The translations under genes and the position numbers were made by a program. From Tubiluchus corallicola (lineage: Eukaryota > Animalia > Priapulida): a stretch of 64,000 bases of DNA. The notes beneath the pieces were generated by a model. The model ran no database searches and was not told where the DNA came from. It was given only the letters and a program-made list of their open reading frames with translations. This document shows positions 10,651 through 23,800 of the stretch, piece after piece (the first letter of the stretch is position 1; each line of letters starts with the position of its first letter). Where the stretch lies: contig JAQGDQ010000183.1 in assembly GCA_030141605.1 (NCBI GenBank), forward strand, positions 62,001 through 126,000, read 5' to 3'.

Positions 10651-13600
10651 ATTCAAATTCCGTGCCACCAAGAACCTGTTTTTTAAATTGATCCATCTAA
10701 TTTTGCAATGATAAGCTAATTCCTCAATTGTGCTTATTTCTTGGTCACTGTTGCTCTGAAATTTCAATAGAGACGTGGCTTCCAAGAACTTTTACTTCCA
10801 ATTTTCGCATCCGCAATAAAAATGGCTATGAACTTTGTTACTATGCGTAGCTTTCATGGACTTGTGGAAACAATCATTACGCATTGTGCATTACGTGCAC
10901 ATGGAGTCCTTATGTTAAAATCTATGTGCAAAATATGTAAAATCAAGTATGAGAGTAGTACTACGACGACTTTGCTGTTGTGCCATCACTGTCCCACTGA
11001 ATGTAAACATTCCATTATACTTCCATTACATTCAGTTACATTACATTCCGTTCCATTACACGTTTGTTTTTGTGATTGCTTGAAGTCTATTATTGATCAA
11101 AAGTTGATTACATTTGTTGATATGTGCTACCAGTGATAGCTTGCTAATTTTTTAATATCGTGTTGTGTTGAGCAGAATTTTTGCGTTTGTTAGGTTCTAA
11201 GAACGCTTTATATTCAGAGGTGTTTCCATAGTATTGTTGTTTATTGTTGTTTATCTGTAGAAAAAGATAGAAGGGAATTTGCCACAAAAGATTCGACGAA
11301 CTGCAATAATTTCTTTAGGGGACTGAATAGATTATATAAAGAAGTTTGCATGAATGTGGATCCTTCCCATGACCTTGTTTCTCACGTGACTACGCCTGGT
11401 CCCAGCGGCAGTTGTTTCATGTTAAAAACCGTAGACTTCTACGGTCTTGTGTCTGCCCAGTTTGCGCATTGCTGGCGACTAATTACCAATTGACTATGCC
11501 CGGTCTAGTGCACTTGTGCAACAGGACTTTGATTTTCACATTTTGGCTCCTATCTCTGGCCTTTAAGGAATCCCTCCTTTTTTTACCATACAATTGTCTG
11601 TGTCTCTGCCCCGGGTGTATACCCTACAAGTTTCAAGACTGCAAGTACTATAGTTTCTCAATGTTTATGACTCGGTATCTCACATATTAATAAAATGAAA
11701 AAAATCAGTGTGTGGGTTCTCTTAGATTTGGTCCTCATGGAATAAACTTGTAATAATGTTATCTACTGTACTATACCCACTTTCCTGTAAATTACTGTGC
11801 AGAAACATCTTGTATTGCGTTTGATTACTGTAGTGGGTACGCTACAGCAATTCAGCCGTGACATTACAATGTCTTGGGGGGGGGGGAGATGATGTCACCG
11901 CAAAGGGAGTGGTATTCCTTGTCAGCTAATTCTTTCGTGTGCTTAGGTAGCATTGCGAATATTCTCTCTGAACATACATTTCATTGGTATTTTGATAAAT
12001 TTGTCTTTAAGAATGCTAATTGTCCATTCGTGCACAAAAGAATGTCACACTTATGTACTATGGAAATGCCTGCAACAGATTAAGAATGTGGTTTTTATAT
12101 ACATACGTTGCTTTTGGCATGCGTTTCTTGGCGTGTCTGTACTATTAGAGTTTATTACTGACTTTGTGGGGTGTTCTCTCTCTCCTTTACCGGTCACTGA
12201 ACTTTTTATACTAGTCAGGCCTTGTTGTACAATATAAATGTTTTGTACGTGAGCTATAAAACCGGTCGTAAACTATGTCAGTTACCAGCACAAAAAGGTG
12301 GGCCAATACATCGCATTCGTGAGTAATGTTTTAATTGCATAGCTTTGTGTTAAGACCGCTGTATCTGTATTTGGTCACAAGAAATTGAATATAATATGCA
12401 AAGTTTTGCTTGAATCATTCATAATGTATGCGACATGCCATACGATACTGTACATGTTCATGTTAGTCAGACATTGTAAGTGACATAGACCTGATTTTGT
12501 AAAATTAACCGTAGTTGTAAACACTGATTGATTGCATTGTCTTATTCTCATTAATCCTCTTGGCATTGTCGTGCTTAATGTAACTTGTTTAACACTTTCA
12601 TTGCTGCCATTGTTTGCTGGCAAAAACGTCAAAGTTGAATGATGCCGATGTTATTCGGAAAAATCTTCGTGTTAGTTAAAGACTAGGCTTGCGTTTGAAA
12701 ACGTGGCTTCTTGGTGTTGTGCATTGATAATCAAATGCATGTTTTCTTATGATTAAAAGATTTCTGGTGTTGCTGAGCTAGCTAGCTGCATTTTATAGTG
12801 TTATTTTTATTATGGTGATAGTTAATTAAAGATTCTAGAGAAATTATTTTGTGAAGAACTACTTATTTACAAATTGCAAGCGTGACAATGCTTGCAGGCC
12901 TAACGTTTTTGTCTACTTATCTTTCAAGTAGAAGATAATTTGTTATAATTATGTATATATTTACACGTAGCGTGACAGTGATTTGTGATTACAACTATGG
13001 CCTGAGAAAATGTAACGTAGTGTTGAATTTTTGCACCCTTACTATTAGATCCTCCCCGTTAAGCAGAAAATTTACCATTCATCCTTAAGTAGTTCTAATC
13101 ATTGCCATTGTTCTGGTTAATTCGTTAACACACTTATAATTAGTATAAATTTTCCTAGATGTTTTGGTTTTTGAAAATTGCTTTTTAACCGAAGATTTCT
13201 TCCCTTTCTTGAGGTCAATTGTGAGAAATTTGTTGTTTGTTATAATTTTATAATAATATACATAAAATCTGTGATTATGTAAATGATTTATAATGTTTTT
13301 TGTAGGCACTACTAGTACTATTATTACTAGGTTATTTATTTACATATTTCTGTATACGTGCGAACAGAAATTTTCGTGTGTGAGCTCGGGAATATTACTG
13401 CATGTGGGGTGAACTGTTATTGGCTAATAAGTCTAATTTATGTAGTCAATAAATTAATTAATATTTACATAATTTTTGTATTCTTTCTTTTACTTATTGA
13501 TTTTTGATGTATGACACATGAAAATGATATATTATTTATGATTTTAAAGCCAGCATTTCACATTATAAGATTTTTTTATAACAAACATCACTTCGTTTAT

Positions 13601-13903
13601 CACACACCGTATATGATACAGCAAATAAAACCGATAAAACTCATTTAAAATAACATTAGCAACAGGCCATTTTTGTTAAACAAACAACAATTTTAGACTT
13701 ATAACCCCATTACAGTAAGAAAGCAAACAAATTAATTCCACAAGTAAACAATATACGTACAACAATCGGTACACATGCCTACAGGTGTGCTACATGATAT
13801 GCTTAAAAATTTACATCACTAACACAACACCAAAACTAAACATTTAGACGACGAATTATTTACGTATTAAAAAACGTTCAGTCCAATCACCCATTTCCCT
13901 TTA

Positions 13904-14206
13904 GGGGCCTTCCACAAAACGATATCAAGTCTAGGGTAGGTAGGTGGCAGGAGACGTGATAATGCCATTATAACTCGAGGTAGGTAGGTGATTTAGTCAT
14001 GATATTGTTACCTAACTTCACGTTTTTTCGCACGTTGCATGCCAGCAGCAGGCGACACTGAGAATACACATACGATGTTGTTGCCTGTCCTTGGAAGGAG
14101 GAAAAATAAAATGTACAAAATGCTATATCTATGTGATGTCGGTATAAGGGTTAGGTCCTCGAAATTGGCTGAAAACTTGATATCATTATAATATGTGGAT
14201 GGCCCC
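13904..14206. mobile_element. PIF/Harbinger-type MITE
   Basis: TIRs GGGGCCTTCCACA / TGTGGATGGCCCC flanked by TTA on both sides. Confidence 0.8.
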
Positions 14207-14403
14207 TTATAATTACAATTCACCTAATATTTAAGTAGGCTTATAGGCAGTTTTGTTAAAATTTGGAGGTAAAATCGGTTAACTTTCGCAGGCAGCTTGA
14301 AAATTTTGCCTTTATATTGTAATCTCGTGGTATGATATGCGACGTTAATGGATGAAGAAGTATTATGTAAAAATTAAAAACTTTTGGACTTAATACTGAT
14401 TAC

Positions 14404-15598
14404 CAGTGTTGGGATAGTTCCTTTACTAATGCAATTGTTATAGGTACAGTTACATTTTTGACGTTGTAACTTGTTACAGTTACAGGTTACACTGACAAAA
14501 AAGTAACTAGTCAATTCCTTCCCCACCATCATATAAGTAAATAGTTACAGTTATATTTTTGACAATGTAACTTGTTACTGTTACAAGTTAAAAATTGAAA
14601 ACAAACTTGTATTTAATACTGATCACCAGTGTTGGGGTAGTTCCTTTACTAATGCAATTGTTATAGTTACAGTTACACTTTTGACAATGTAACTTCTTAC
14701 TGTTACAAGTTACACTGTCACAAAAGTAACTAGTCAAAGTTACAGTTCCTTCACCATCTTAAAAGTAAGTAGTTACAGTTACAGTTCATTTAAAAAGTAA
14801 CAGTTACAAGAAGTTATTGTGTTTGACTATGCATATAGAATCATAAAAATTCACACTATAATGAAGTCATGCTGCTGATTTGCACAACAGAAACAATTGT
14901 ATAACAACGGTCGGCTGTCAGCAATGAAAGAACGGTATAATTGACAGAATACAGAATTCATGTAACTTACAGTTGACAGACTTTTGGTTTGACTCCAGAC
15001 AAATGTTAAGGTAAAAGTAACTGTTACTTCTATTACGAGTTACGACAATAAATGAACTACAGTCAACCTCGGGTATAAGGTTTATAAAGGACCACCAACA
15101 CCGGTCCCCATTTTTCGTAACGTTTTTTCTATGTAAAAATCTTCGTATATAAGGTACTCGGATATAAGGGACTTTCAGTTATAAGGAACGATATCTTCAG
15201 GTCCCGCGTAGCAGAAACCCAGGTAAATTACCTCGCATATAAGGGACCCTATGATCAAAGCGAAATTGATGGATTTTTAACCTCAATTTCTCACAAACTT
15301 TGTCTTCCAACAGCTCAGTTTCCGCGGTCGCATACATCTCGCATCACTGAAGGAGATTCTTCCTACATACCGTTTGCACTGAATGTGTAGCAACAATCCA
15401 TAAAAATATGGGTAGAAGTACAGGTCTAAATACACCCTCTGTCTGACTCAACTTCAGCTATATGGGACAGTTTTTTCCGGTCCCGAGGCGTCCCTTATAT
15501 CCGAGGTTGACTGTAGTTACAGTTACAAGTTAAGTTCTAAAAAATTGTAACTCATTAGACGAAATAGTTACATTTATAACACATTACTTGCATCACTG
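14404..15598. mobile_element. Non-autonomous DNA transposon with GTTACA/TGTAAC subterminal motifs, left end duplicated (period 223 bp)
   Basis: Starts CAGTGTTGGG (14404 and again 14627), ends CATCACTG; many GTTAC/GTAAC motifs; interrupted by a MITE at 15060. Confidence 0.65.
15060..15513. mobile_element. Tc1/pogo-type MITE family A
   Basis: TIR CAGTCAACCTCGG(G/A)TATAAGG, TA duplication; three more copies in the window. Confidence 0.9.
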
Positions 15599-16056
15599 GC
15601 CTGCGTACTAGACTAGTCAGTGGTGCCATACTTTCTAGACAATTGAGAGATAATGTATCAATTCATCAAATCTCCACGTTACACTGACATGGTAGTTTGA
15701 CACTGAGATCGATCTGCATTCAGCTCCACATACTGCAGGCAAATATCCAGCTCTCAACGGCAATCTCAGAGTTAATGTACATGCGGCGGGTCTGGCACCT
15801 GATGCAGTATTAAGAACAATTCCCTAAGATAAGCTGCTGAGCTGGCAGGGAATATTTAGCTATGGATGCAAATTTTTTTTTCAATAAATGCCAAAACCAC
15901 CTAAGCCACATTATTGTATTCCTTTTTATCACGATAAAATTTCAACAGCATTCAGTTATGTTGTTATTAAAAATACAAGATAAAAATGATTTTGGCACAT
16001 TAGCAGGCCCATACAGTGGCAGAATTACTGCAATAAACCTATATCTGTAAAATTAC

Positions 16057-16468
16057 TTTGATCAAGACAGCATCATATTAGCAAGACGTGACTCAGCAAA
16101 CCATGATTAGGAAACAAACAAACAACTCTTACCAAGAACCGACAACTTAGCAGGAAGTAGTAGAGTTGGCACGGAGTCAGTAAACTAAGTAACAAAACTG
16201 TGCCAGTAAAACAACATTTGATCAAGACAGCATCATATTGGGAAGACGTGACTCAACAAACCATGATTAGGAAACAAACTAACAACTCTTACTGAGAACT
16301 GACAACTTAGCAGGAAGTAGTAGAGTTGGCACGAAGTCAGTAAACTAAGTGACAAAACTGTGCCAGTAAAATAACATTTGATCAAGACAGCATCATATTG
16401 GCAAGACGTGACTCAGCAAACCATGATTAGGAAACAAACTAACAACTCTTACTGAGAACTGACAACTT
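16057..16468. repeat. 160-bp tandem repeat, about 2.6 units
   Basis: TTTGATCAAGACAGCATCATATT recurs at 16057, 16217 and 16377. Confidence 0.93.
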
Positions 16469-16720
16469 TTAACGTCACAACACTTGACTGAGTAAAGCTA
16501 GGCCACAAATTCTTTGAACACGATAGGTGTGGCACACACAACAAAATAAAACTCTCCCTACAAAAGTTGAACAATTACATCAAATAGGAAATTTATTAGA
16601 GTAAAAATCTGGCAACTTAAATGAAAACAAATTCCTAGCTTTGGCGACCATTTCCGTATTTGGTTAAGCTGGACAAAAAACATCACAACATTTTGGTAAT
16701 AAAAGTTATTAAATAAAGTC

Positions 16721-17350
16721 ATGGGCGTCGGCAGGTGGACACACTGATGCACGTGCGCCCGCGGAATTTCTTAAATTAAACATTTTTTTCATGTTAAGTA
16801 ACATTTTTAGGAGCAAATCAAGAAACACATCAACCTTTGTTTGTACAATAATGAGTTTTAAACTGGAGAACTTGCCTGAGGAAACATCTTCTAGCGACCG
16901 CGAAATGCAGTAAAATGCATACGTGGCCGAGACGTCCTGCCGTTTAGCTGTGTCTGGTTGGAAAAATTAGCATGCACCGTAAAACTTATTAAATTTTGTA
17001 TGAACTGTGGGTGGGCTGTAAACTTAACAGTCTCAAATCAGTTTTATGCTTGACTATCCGCATTTCCAAATTTCGCTGGGTAGATAATCTCGATATATGT
17101 CTACTACAATAACAATGAATATTACCAAGGTAAATGTAGGTAATATCTATTTATTAAAAGAGAATTTTTCGCGTTTGAGGAAGCCTATGTACTAGAATTT
17201 AGATGTCATTTGAAGCCTCCAAAATGTGCTTAAATGCAGGAAAATGCGTTGGTGGGCAGTGCTCCACCCTGGGTCCCGTTGGGCGAGTTTACAGCGCTCC
17301 CCCAGACCCCCTGGCTGCTTTTACATCAAATTTTTTAAACTCTGGTGGCA
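16721..17350. mobile_element. Decayed non-autonomous DNA transposon
   Basis: Contains TTACAGCGCTCCCCCAGACCCCCTGGCTG, a motif common in invertebrate non-autonomous elements; boundaries uncertain. Confidence 0.35.
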
Positions 17351-17909
17351 CATTACATGAAATTAAGTTAAAGTCAAAAGTTTTGTTTGACAACTAGCAG
17401 GTTTAGATAGCATGCAGTTTAGGCAGTCAAAGATTAGAAGCTTTTTTAGAACCCGTAAATGTTTTTACCATTATACGTTAAATGTCTTAAAAGTACAAAA
17501 GTGAGCTTTTGATATAATTTATGATATATGTTAGCCGTAACTCATGATTTGTGACTGTTAAGCAGCAGAAAAATAGAGAGGTATCTGCGATGAAAACAAT
17601 TCAGACCTATGTATGCGAAACGGTATTTTAGAAGAAATAAACCAACATAAATACGTTGGCGGCTATAAATTTGGGGGAATGCTACCAAGATTCCCCCTCT
17701 TGCTGAATGACACGAATCCAAGTTTGTTCTGTTATGGAATGACTTAAAAACATGATTCTTTTCACTTCCTTTTTCCTATTACAAGCTAGAAAATCTTTCC
17801 ATGAATAAATTTTGCATAACGGAGTGTGAAAAATGAAAAATCTAAGTCAGAATAGCCCATAATCTTTAATAGTATGTTTGTTAAAATGAGGTATGTTTAA
17901 CACACCTTA

Positions 17910-18590
17910 AGGTACGACCCCATGTGCATGTAAGGCGGAATGCGTGATCCGTAATTCGTACACAACAGTTTGTATTTAAATATGTAGAAGCATTTCCATG
18001 TGTATGTAATGCATGATGCGTGATCTGTATTCATTCGAACATGATCTTTATCATCCCAGTATGCATCGCGCAGCTATATGCAGACAGGAAAACGCCGTTG
18101 CCTAGGTAATTATAGCGAGTTTTGTTTGTGTTTTTGTTTGTTTGTTTGTTGGTGTTTTGGTCGCTTTTGGACCTATAAACAATAATATTTTTTCTATTTG
18201 AGTTTTTTAGAGGTGGAAGAATCATGTAGTTATATGTTGCGCATCTAACTGCAGTTGTGTCACTAAATAATGATACGTGTCATATTGTTCTCTATCCTGC
18301 AAAATGTTGTGCACCCAAAACCTGTGCTTTCTTTTGAATTTTTTCGTCTAATAGTACAATAGTAAGCTAATGCTGCAGCTGTAATTATCACAAACAGCGT
18401 GAAATTTTGACAGGGACATGGTTCTCAAAAACTATTGCTTGCAATTTTCAGGAATAGCGATCAAAAGAGTGCCGTGCGTTTTTGATCACATGCTGTGTGA
18501 TCAAAATACACACAGCATTTACGGACACATGGAAACAGTCAATACGCATCATGTATTACGGATCACAGACCACGCATTATACATTACATC
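17910..18590. mobile_element. Old dispersed inverted-repeat element (related copy at about 9440-9810)
   Basis: GTGATCCGTA / TACGGATCAC inverted motifs; blocks GAGGTGGAAGAA and CATATTGTTCTC..CCTGCAAAAT shared with 9700-9800. Confidence 0.55.
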
Positions 18591-18674
18591 AAAATATACT
18601 GACAGAGACTAGGATATTTGGCTGGCAGTGGGCGTTGTGATAAAAATTCATATAGAAATGACCAATGTCCAATA

Positions 18675-18808
18675 TTATTGACCGCTGAACCCAGGCATTG
18701 GGAATGCAGAGGCAAATTGTTCTACTTCGTTTCTGATTTGTGTAATTTTTTCTTGAGCCGCTGGGTCCTGTTTAACGTACGCTTTGAAATCCTTCAAAAG
18801 TCTCGTAC
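18675..18808 (-). CDS. SHMT2: SHMT2 exon 12 (last)
   Basis: [28 protein letters not shown]; acceptor TTTGCAG. Confidence 0.93.
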
Positions 18809-20829
18809 CTGCAAAGGAAATCGATGATGAATACAAACGAACGAGGTTATTTCTCGGGAGCAAAAGTAAAAAAATCTAGCCGTGTGCAAAATGATAACAT
18901 CACGTCCAGTCAGTGATATACATTTTTAAAACTCTAGCGCTTTGTGTAGCAAATTTTCTTAAGTTGCGCAACTTTCAGGAATTGAATCGCCTGCATACTT
19001 TGGACTGTTAAATAGATTAGATCGGATTTATTCTTCTAATAATTACAAATACACGGGTAAGAACTTAAAAGAAAACCGGACAATTGTGCAAACATTACTT
19101 CAGAATAAAGAATGCTCTAAAACATTGAAAACTTCAACAGCTTTTTTTAGATCAAAGCTTAGAGTAAATAATAATTACCTCGGATACTCAAATTTCTTTA
19201 AACCAAAGCTACGCACGGCTCAGTGAATCTACTAAGATTGGCAATGGCACCTTTTTGTCACGTGCGCGTGGCCAACAAATAGAAGTCGGTACCATGATAA
19301 GCAAGATTATGAACTGCTGTGTTAGTTTGTGACATAATATGACATAGAGCCCGTTTTTCGTGACATCATGCATTTAAGCAGTACTGTGAAACTTACGCAA
19401 ACATGCTTGACGTGCAAGAGAAGATGCTTGCCATTGCACAAACTGTGGTTAGTTTCTGGCGTAAGCAATAGCTGTGCTCGGTTGCTATTAATTAACTTTC
19501 TAAGCTAATTATTCAAATATAAGGACCAATTGTTAACTTTTATAGGCAAGAAAATGTATATTGTGGGCAGTAAATTAAAATGAGATTGAGTCTTATCAGT
19601 TATGTGATCTCTTGTTTGACATACTGTTGTTGTTATCTTAAGAAAATTTCGTAACTACTTTTATATCAAATGCTCTCAGTTAGTTAGTGTCTCTTCGTTA
19701 GTTCCTAAGTGGTGACAGTAAGCTGAAAGCACTCAATTTCCTGGTGAACACTCTTAACTCAGAACAGCAGCTCATCAATCCAGTATTTTCCCCTGCACTT
19801 CTTATTAAAAATTTAGTTAACTATGGACTCACCACTGGCAGCTTTAAGTTCCTTCGTAAGTTCTACACATCTGTTTATGAAATCAACTGTCTTGAGGAAA
19901 TCGGCTTCCTTAAAACCCCGCGACGTCAAAGCTGGCGATCCTGCAGCAAAAAATGCAAACTATTAAGTTATTAATGCGTGTTTCGTAAGATATCTTTTTT
20001 AATTTTTGTTGCTTTGAAACTGACATGATAAAACGCATTGCAGAGCTTGAATAATTTGGAAAGATTGTCCTCACACCACAATACCGGCCGGTACTTATAC
20101 AGCAGACGGTATCAAAACTAGTCGGGATGGAAAAGCATTAGATTACTGACTTGCCACACATGCACTCATGAATGCACTCGTAAATGCACATGTGTATATT
20201 GTGTTTTATTATCTTGTGCTGTATCATATTATATTGTATTGTATTGCATTCTATTGTATTGCCTTATATTGTATTGTATTGCTTTGTATAGTATTGTATT
20301 GCTTTGTTTTGCTTTCTATTGTATTGTATTGCATTGTATTGTATTATATTGTATTGCATGCATTGTATTGTATTGTATTGTATTGCATTGCATTGTATTA
20401 TGTTGTATTGCATTGTATTGTATTGTATTGTATTGTATTGTATTGTATTGTATTGTATTGCATTGCATTGCATTGCATTGCATTGCATTGCATTGCATTG
20501 TATTGTACTGTATTGTATTGTATTGTATTGTACTGAGTTGTACTGTACAGTATTGCATGGCATTGTATTATATTATATTACATTTCACTGTATTCTATTG
20601 TATTGCATTGTATTACATTATATTGTATTACATTGTATTGTATTGTATTGCATCCTATTATATTGTATTCCATTGTATTATATTATATTGTAATATATTG
20701 TGTTGTATTGCATTGCATTGCATTATATTATATCGTATTACATTGCATGGTTTTGTATTGTATTGTACTGTATTCACAAATAAATGTATCATCATCATCA
20801 GCAGCAGCAGCACCATCAGCATCATCATC

Positions 20830-20861
<32 letters not shown>

Positions 20862-23800
20862 CATCATTGACAGATATTCACAATGACAGTGAAGTACAAC
20901 TCACCAAGTCTAAGTCCGCCGGGTACTAGAGCACTTTTATCGCCAGGCACACTATTCTTATTCACAGTTACCGAGCATTGTTCACAAATCCACTCAACTC
21001 TAGCGCCATCTATCTGCTTGGGTTTCAAGTCAACCAAACACAGATGATTATCTGTTCCACCTGCAGAGAGAGAGGAGACAAGATGGTGTAACCACCTTTA
21101 TGGTATCTTGAGTGAACCACATAAAAATACAACATTTCTACTAACTATATATCAGCACAAGTAGAGACATTGGACATTTTTAAAAATCTGTTTTCATAAA
21201 CTGGAAAGCATTATCCGTTCCCTAATCATAATAATAATCTTAAATACATAAAGTTTAACTTAATATATAGAGATAGTAACATTCGTCTCTTCATTCCTGT
21301 TGCTGAACATTATTTTATTAGAAACTAATAAATTTGTATAATAATTTAAGCAACAATCATCTTAATTGCAAAATCTGATAATTTTTAATTACTTGGTACA
21401 TGCGCATTAATTAATTATATTAGCAACAATTCTAAGAGGGTGGCTAACCTCGATAACTCATAGTTCTTTCGCCACCCTTTCCCCGCTAATTAATAATTAC
21501 TTTTGCACTTTGTAATATTATTGTATGTTGTACACAATTATAAATCACTTAGTTAGCCAGTGACGTTTTTGGTGCATGCTAGGATAGTGAGCCAGTGACG
21601 TTTTTGGTGCATGCTAGGATAGTGAACTAGTGACGTTTTTGGTGCATGCTAGGATAGTGAGCCAGTGACGTTTTTGCTGCACGCTAGGATAGTGAGCCAG
21701 TGACGTTTTTGGTGCACGCTAGGATAGTGAGCCAGTGATGTTTTTGGTGCATGCTACGATAGTGAGCCAGTGACGTTTTTGGTGCACGCTAGGATAGCGA
21801 GCCAGTGACGCTTTTGGTGCATGCTAGGATAGTGAGCCAATGACGTTTTTGCTGCATGCTAGGAAAGTGAGCCAGTGATGTTTTTGGTGCATGCTAGGAT
21901 AGTGAGCCAGTGACGCTTTTGGTGCATGCTAGGATAGTGAGCTAGTGACATTTTCGGTGCACGCTAGGATAGTGAGCCAGTGACGTTTTTGGTGCATGCT
22001 AGGATAGTGAGCCAGTGATGTTTTTGGTGCATGCTAGGAAAGTGAGCCAGTGATGCTTTTGGTGCATGCTAGGATAGTGAGCCAGTGACGCTTTTGGTGC
22101 ATGCTAGGATAGTGAGCTAGTGACGTTTTCGGTGCACGCTAGGATAGTGAGCCAGTGACGTTTTTGGTGCATGCTAGGAAAGTGAGCCAGTGATGCTTTT
22201 GGTGCATGCTAGGATAGTCAGCCAGTGACGTTTTTGGTGCATGCTAGGATAGTGAGCCAGTGACGTTTTTGGTGCATGCTAGGAAAGTGAGCTAGTGACG
22301 TTTTTGGTGCATGCTAGGATAGTGAGCCAGTGACGTTTTTGGTGCATGCTAGGAAAGTGAGCCAGTGATGCTTTTGGTGCATGCTAGGATAGTGAGCCAG
22401 TGACGCTTTTGGTGCATGCTAGGGTAGTGAGCTAGTGACGTTTTCGGTGCACGCTAGGATAGTGAGCCAGTGACGTTTTTGGTGCATGCTAGGATAGTGA
22501 GCCAGTGATGTTTTTGGTGCATGCTAGGAAAGTGAGCCAGTGATGCTTTTGGTGCATGCTAGGATAGTGAGCCAGTGACGCTTTTGGTGCATGCTAGGAT
22601 AGTGAGCTAGTGACGTTTTCGGTGCACGCTAGGATAGTGAGCCAGTGACGTTTTTGGTGCATGCTAGGAAAGTGAGCCAGTGATGCTTTTGGTGCATGCT
22701 AGGATAGTCAGCCAGTGACGTTTTTGGTGCATGCTAGGATAGTGAGCCAGTGACGTTTTTGGTGCATGCTAGGAAAGTGAGCTAGTGACGTTTTTGGTGC
22801 ATGCTAGGATAGTGAGCCAGGGATGTTTTTGGTGCATGCTAGAATAGTGAGCCAAGGTTGTCTTTGGTACATGCTAGAATAGTGAGCCAGTGACATTTTT
22901 GGTGCATGCTAGGATAGTGAGCCAGTGACGTTTTTGCTGCATGCTAGGATAGTGAGCCAGGGATGTTTTTGGTGCATGCTAGAATAGTGAGCCAAGGTTG
23001 TCTTTGGTACATGCTAGAATAGTGAGCTAGTGACGCTTTTGGTGCATGCTAGGATAGTGAGCCAGTGACGTTTTTGCTGCATGCTAGGAAAGTGAGCCAG
23101 GGACATTTTTGCTGCATGCTAGGATAGTGAGCCAGGGACGTTTTCGGTGCACGCTAGGATAGTGAGCCAGTGACGTTTTTGGTGCATGCTAGGAAAGTGA
23201 GCGAGTGATGCTTTTGGTGCATGCTAGGATAGTCAGCCAGTGACGTTTTTGGTGCATGCTAGGATAGTGAGCCAGTGACGTTTTTGGTGCATGCTAGGAA
23301 AGTGAGCTAGTGACGTTTTTGGTGCATGCTAGGATAGTGAGCCAGGGATGTTTTTGGTGCATGCTAGAATAGTGAGCCAAGGTTGTCTTTGGTACATGCT
23401 AGAATAGTGAGCCAGTGACATTTTTGGTGCATGCTAGGATAGTGAGCCAGTGATGCTTTTGGTGCATGCTAGGATAGTGAGCCAGTGACGCTTTTGGTGC
23501 ATGCTAGGATAGTGAGCCAGTGATGTTTTTGGTGCATGCTAGGAAAGTGAGCCAGTGACGTTTTTGGTGCATGCTAGGATAGTGAGCCAGTGACGTTTTT
23601 GGTGCATGCTAGGAAAGTGAGCCAGTGATGTTTTTGGTGCATGCTAGGATAGTGAGCCAGTGACGTTTTTGGTGCATGCTAGGAAAGTGAGCCAGTGACG
23701 TTTTTGGTGCATGCTAGGATAGTGAGCCAGTGACGTTTTTGGTGCATGCTAGGATAGTGAGCCAGCGACGTTTTTGGTGCATGCCAGGAAAGTGAGCCAG

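Noticed and set aside
11407-11457. SECIS element
   Set aside because: No AUGA/GA core and no selenoprotein ORF nearby.
13085-13309. 74-aa basic ORF on the minus strand
   Set aside because: AT-rich low complexity with no motif; possibly a decayed repeat but unsupported.
20168-20929. Cys/Tyr-rich or poly-Met/Ile ORFs
   Set aside because: Translations of TATTG and CAT microsatellites within an intron.
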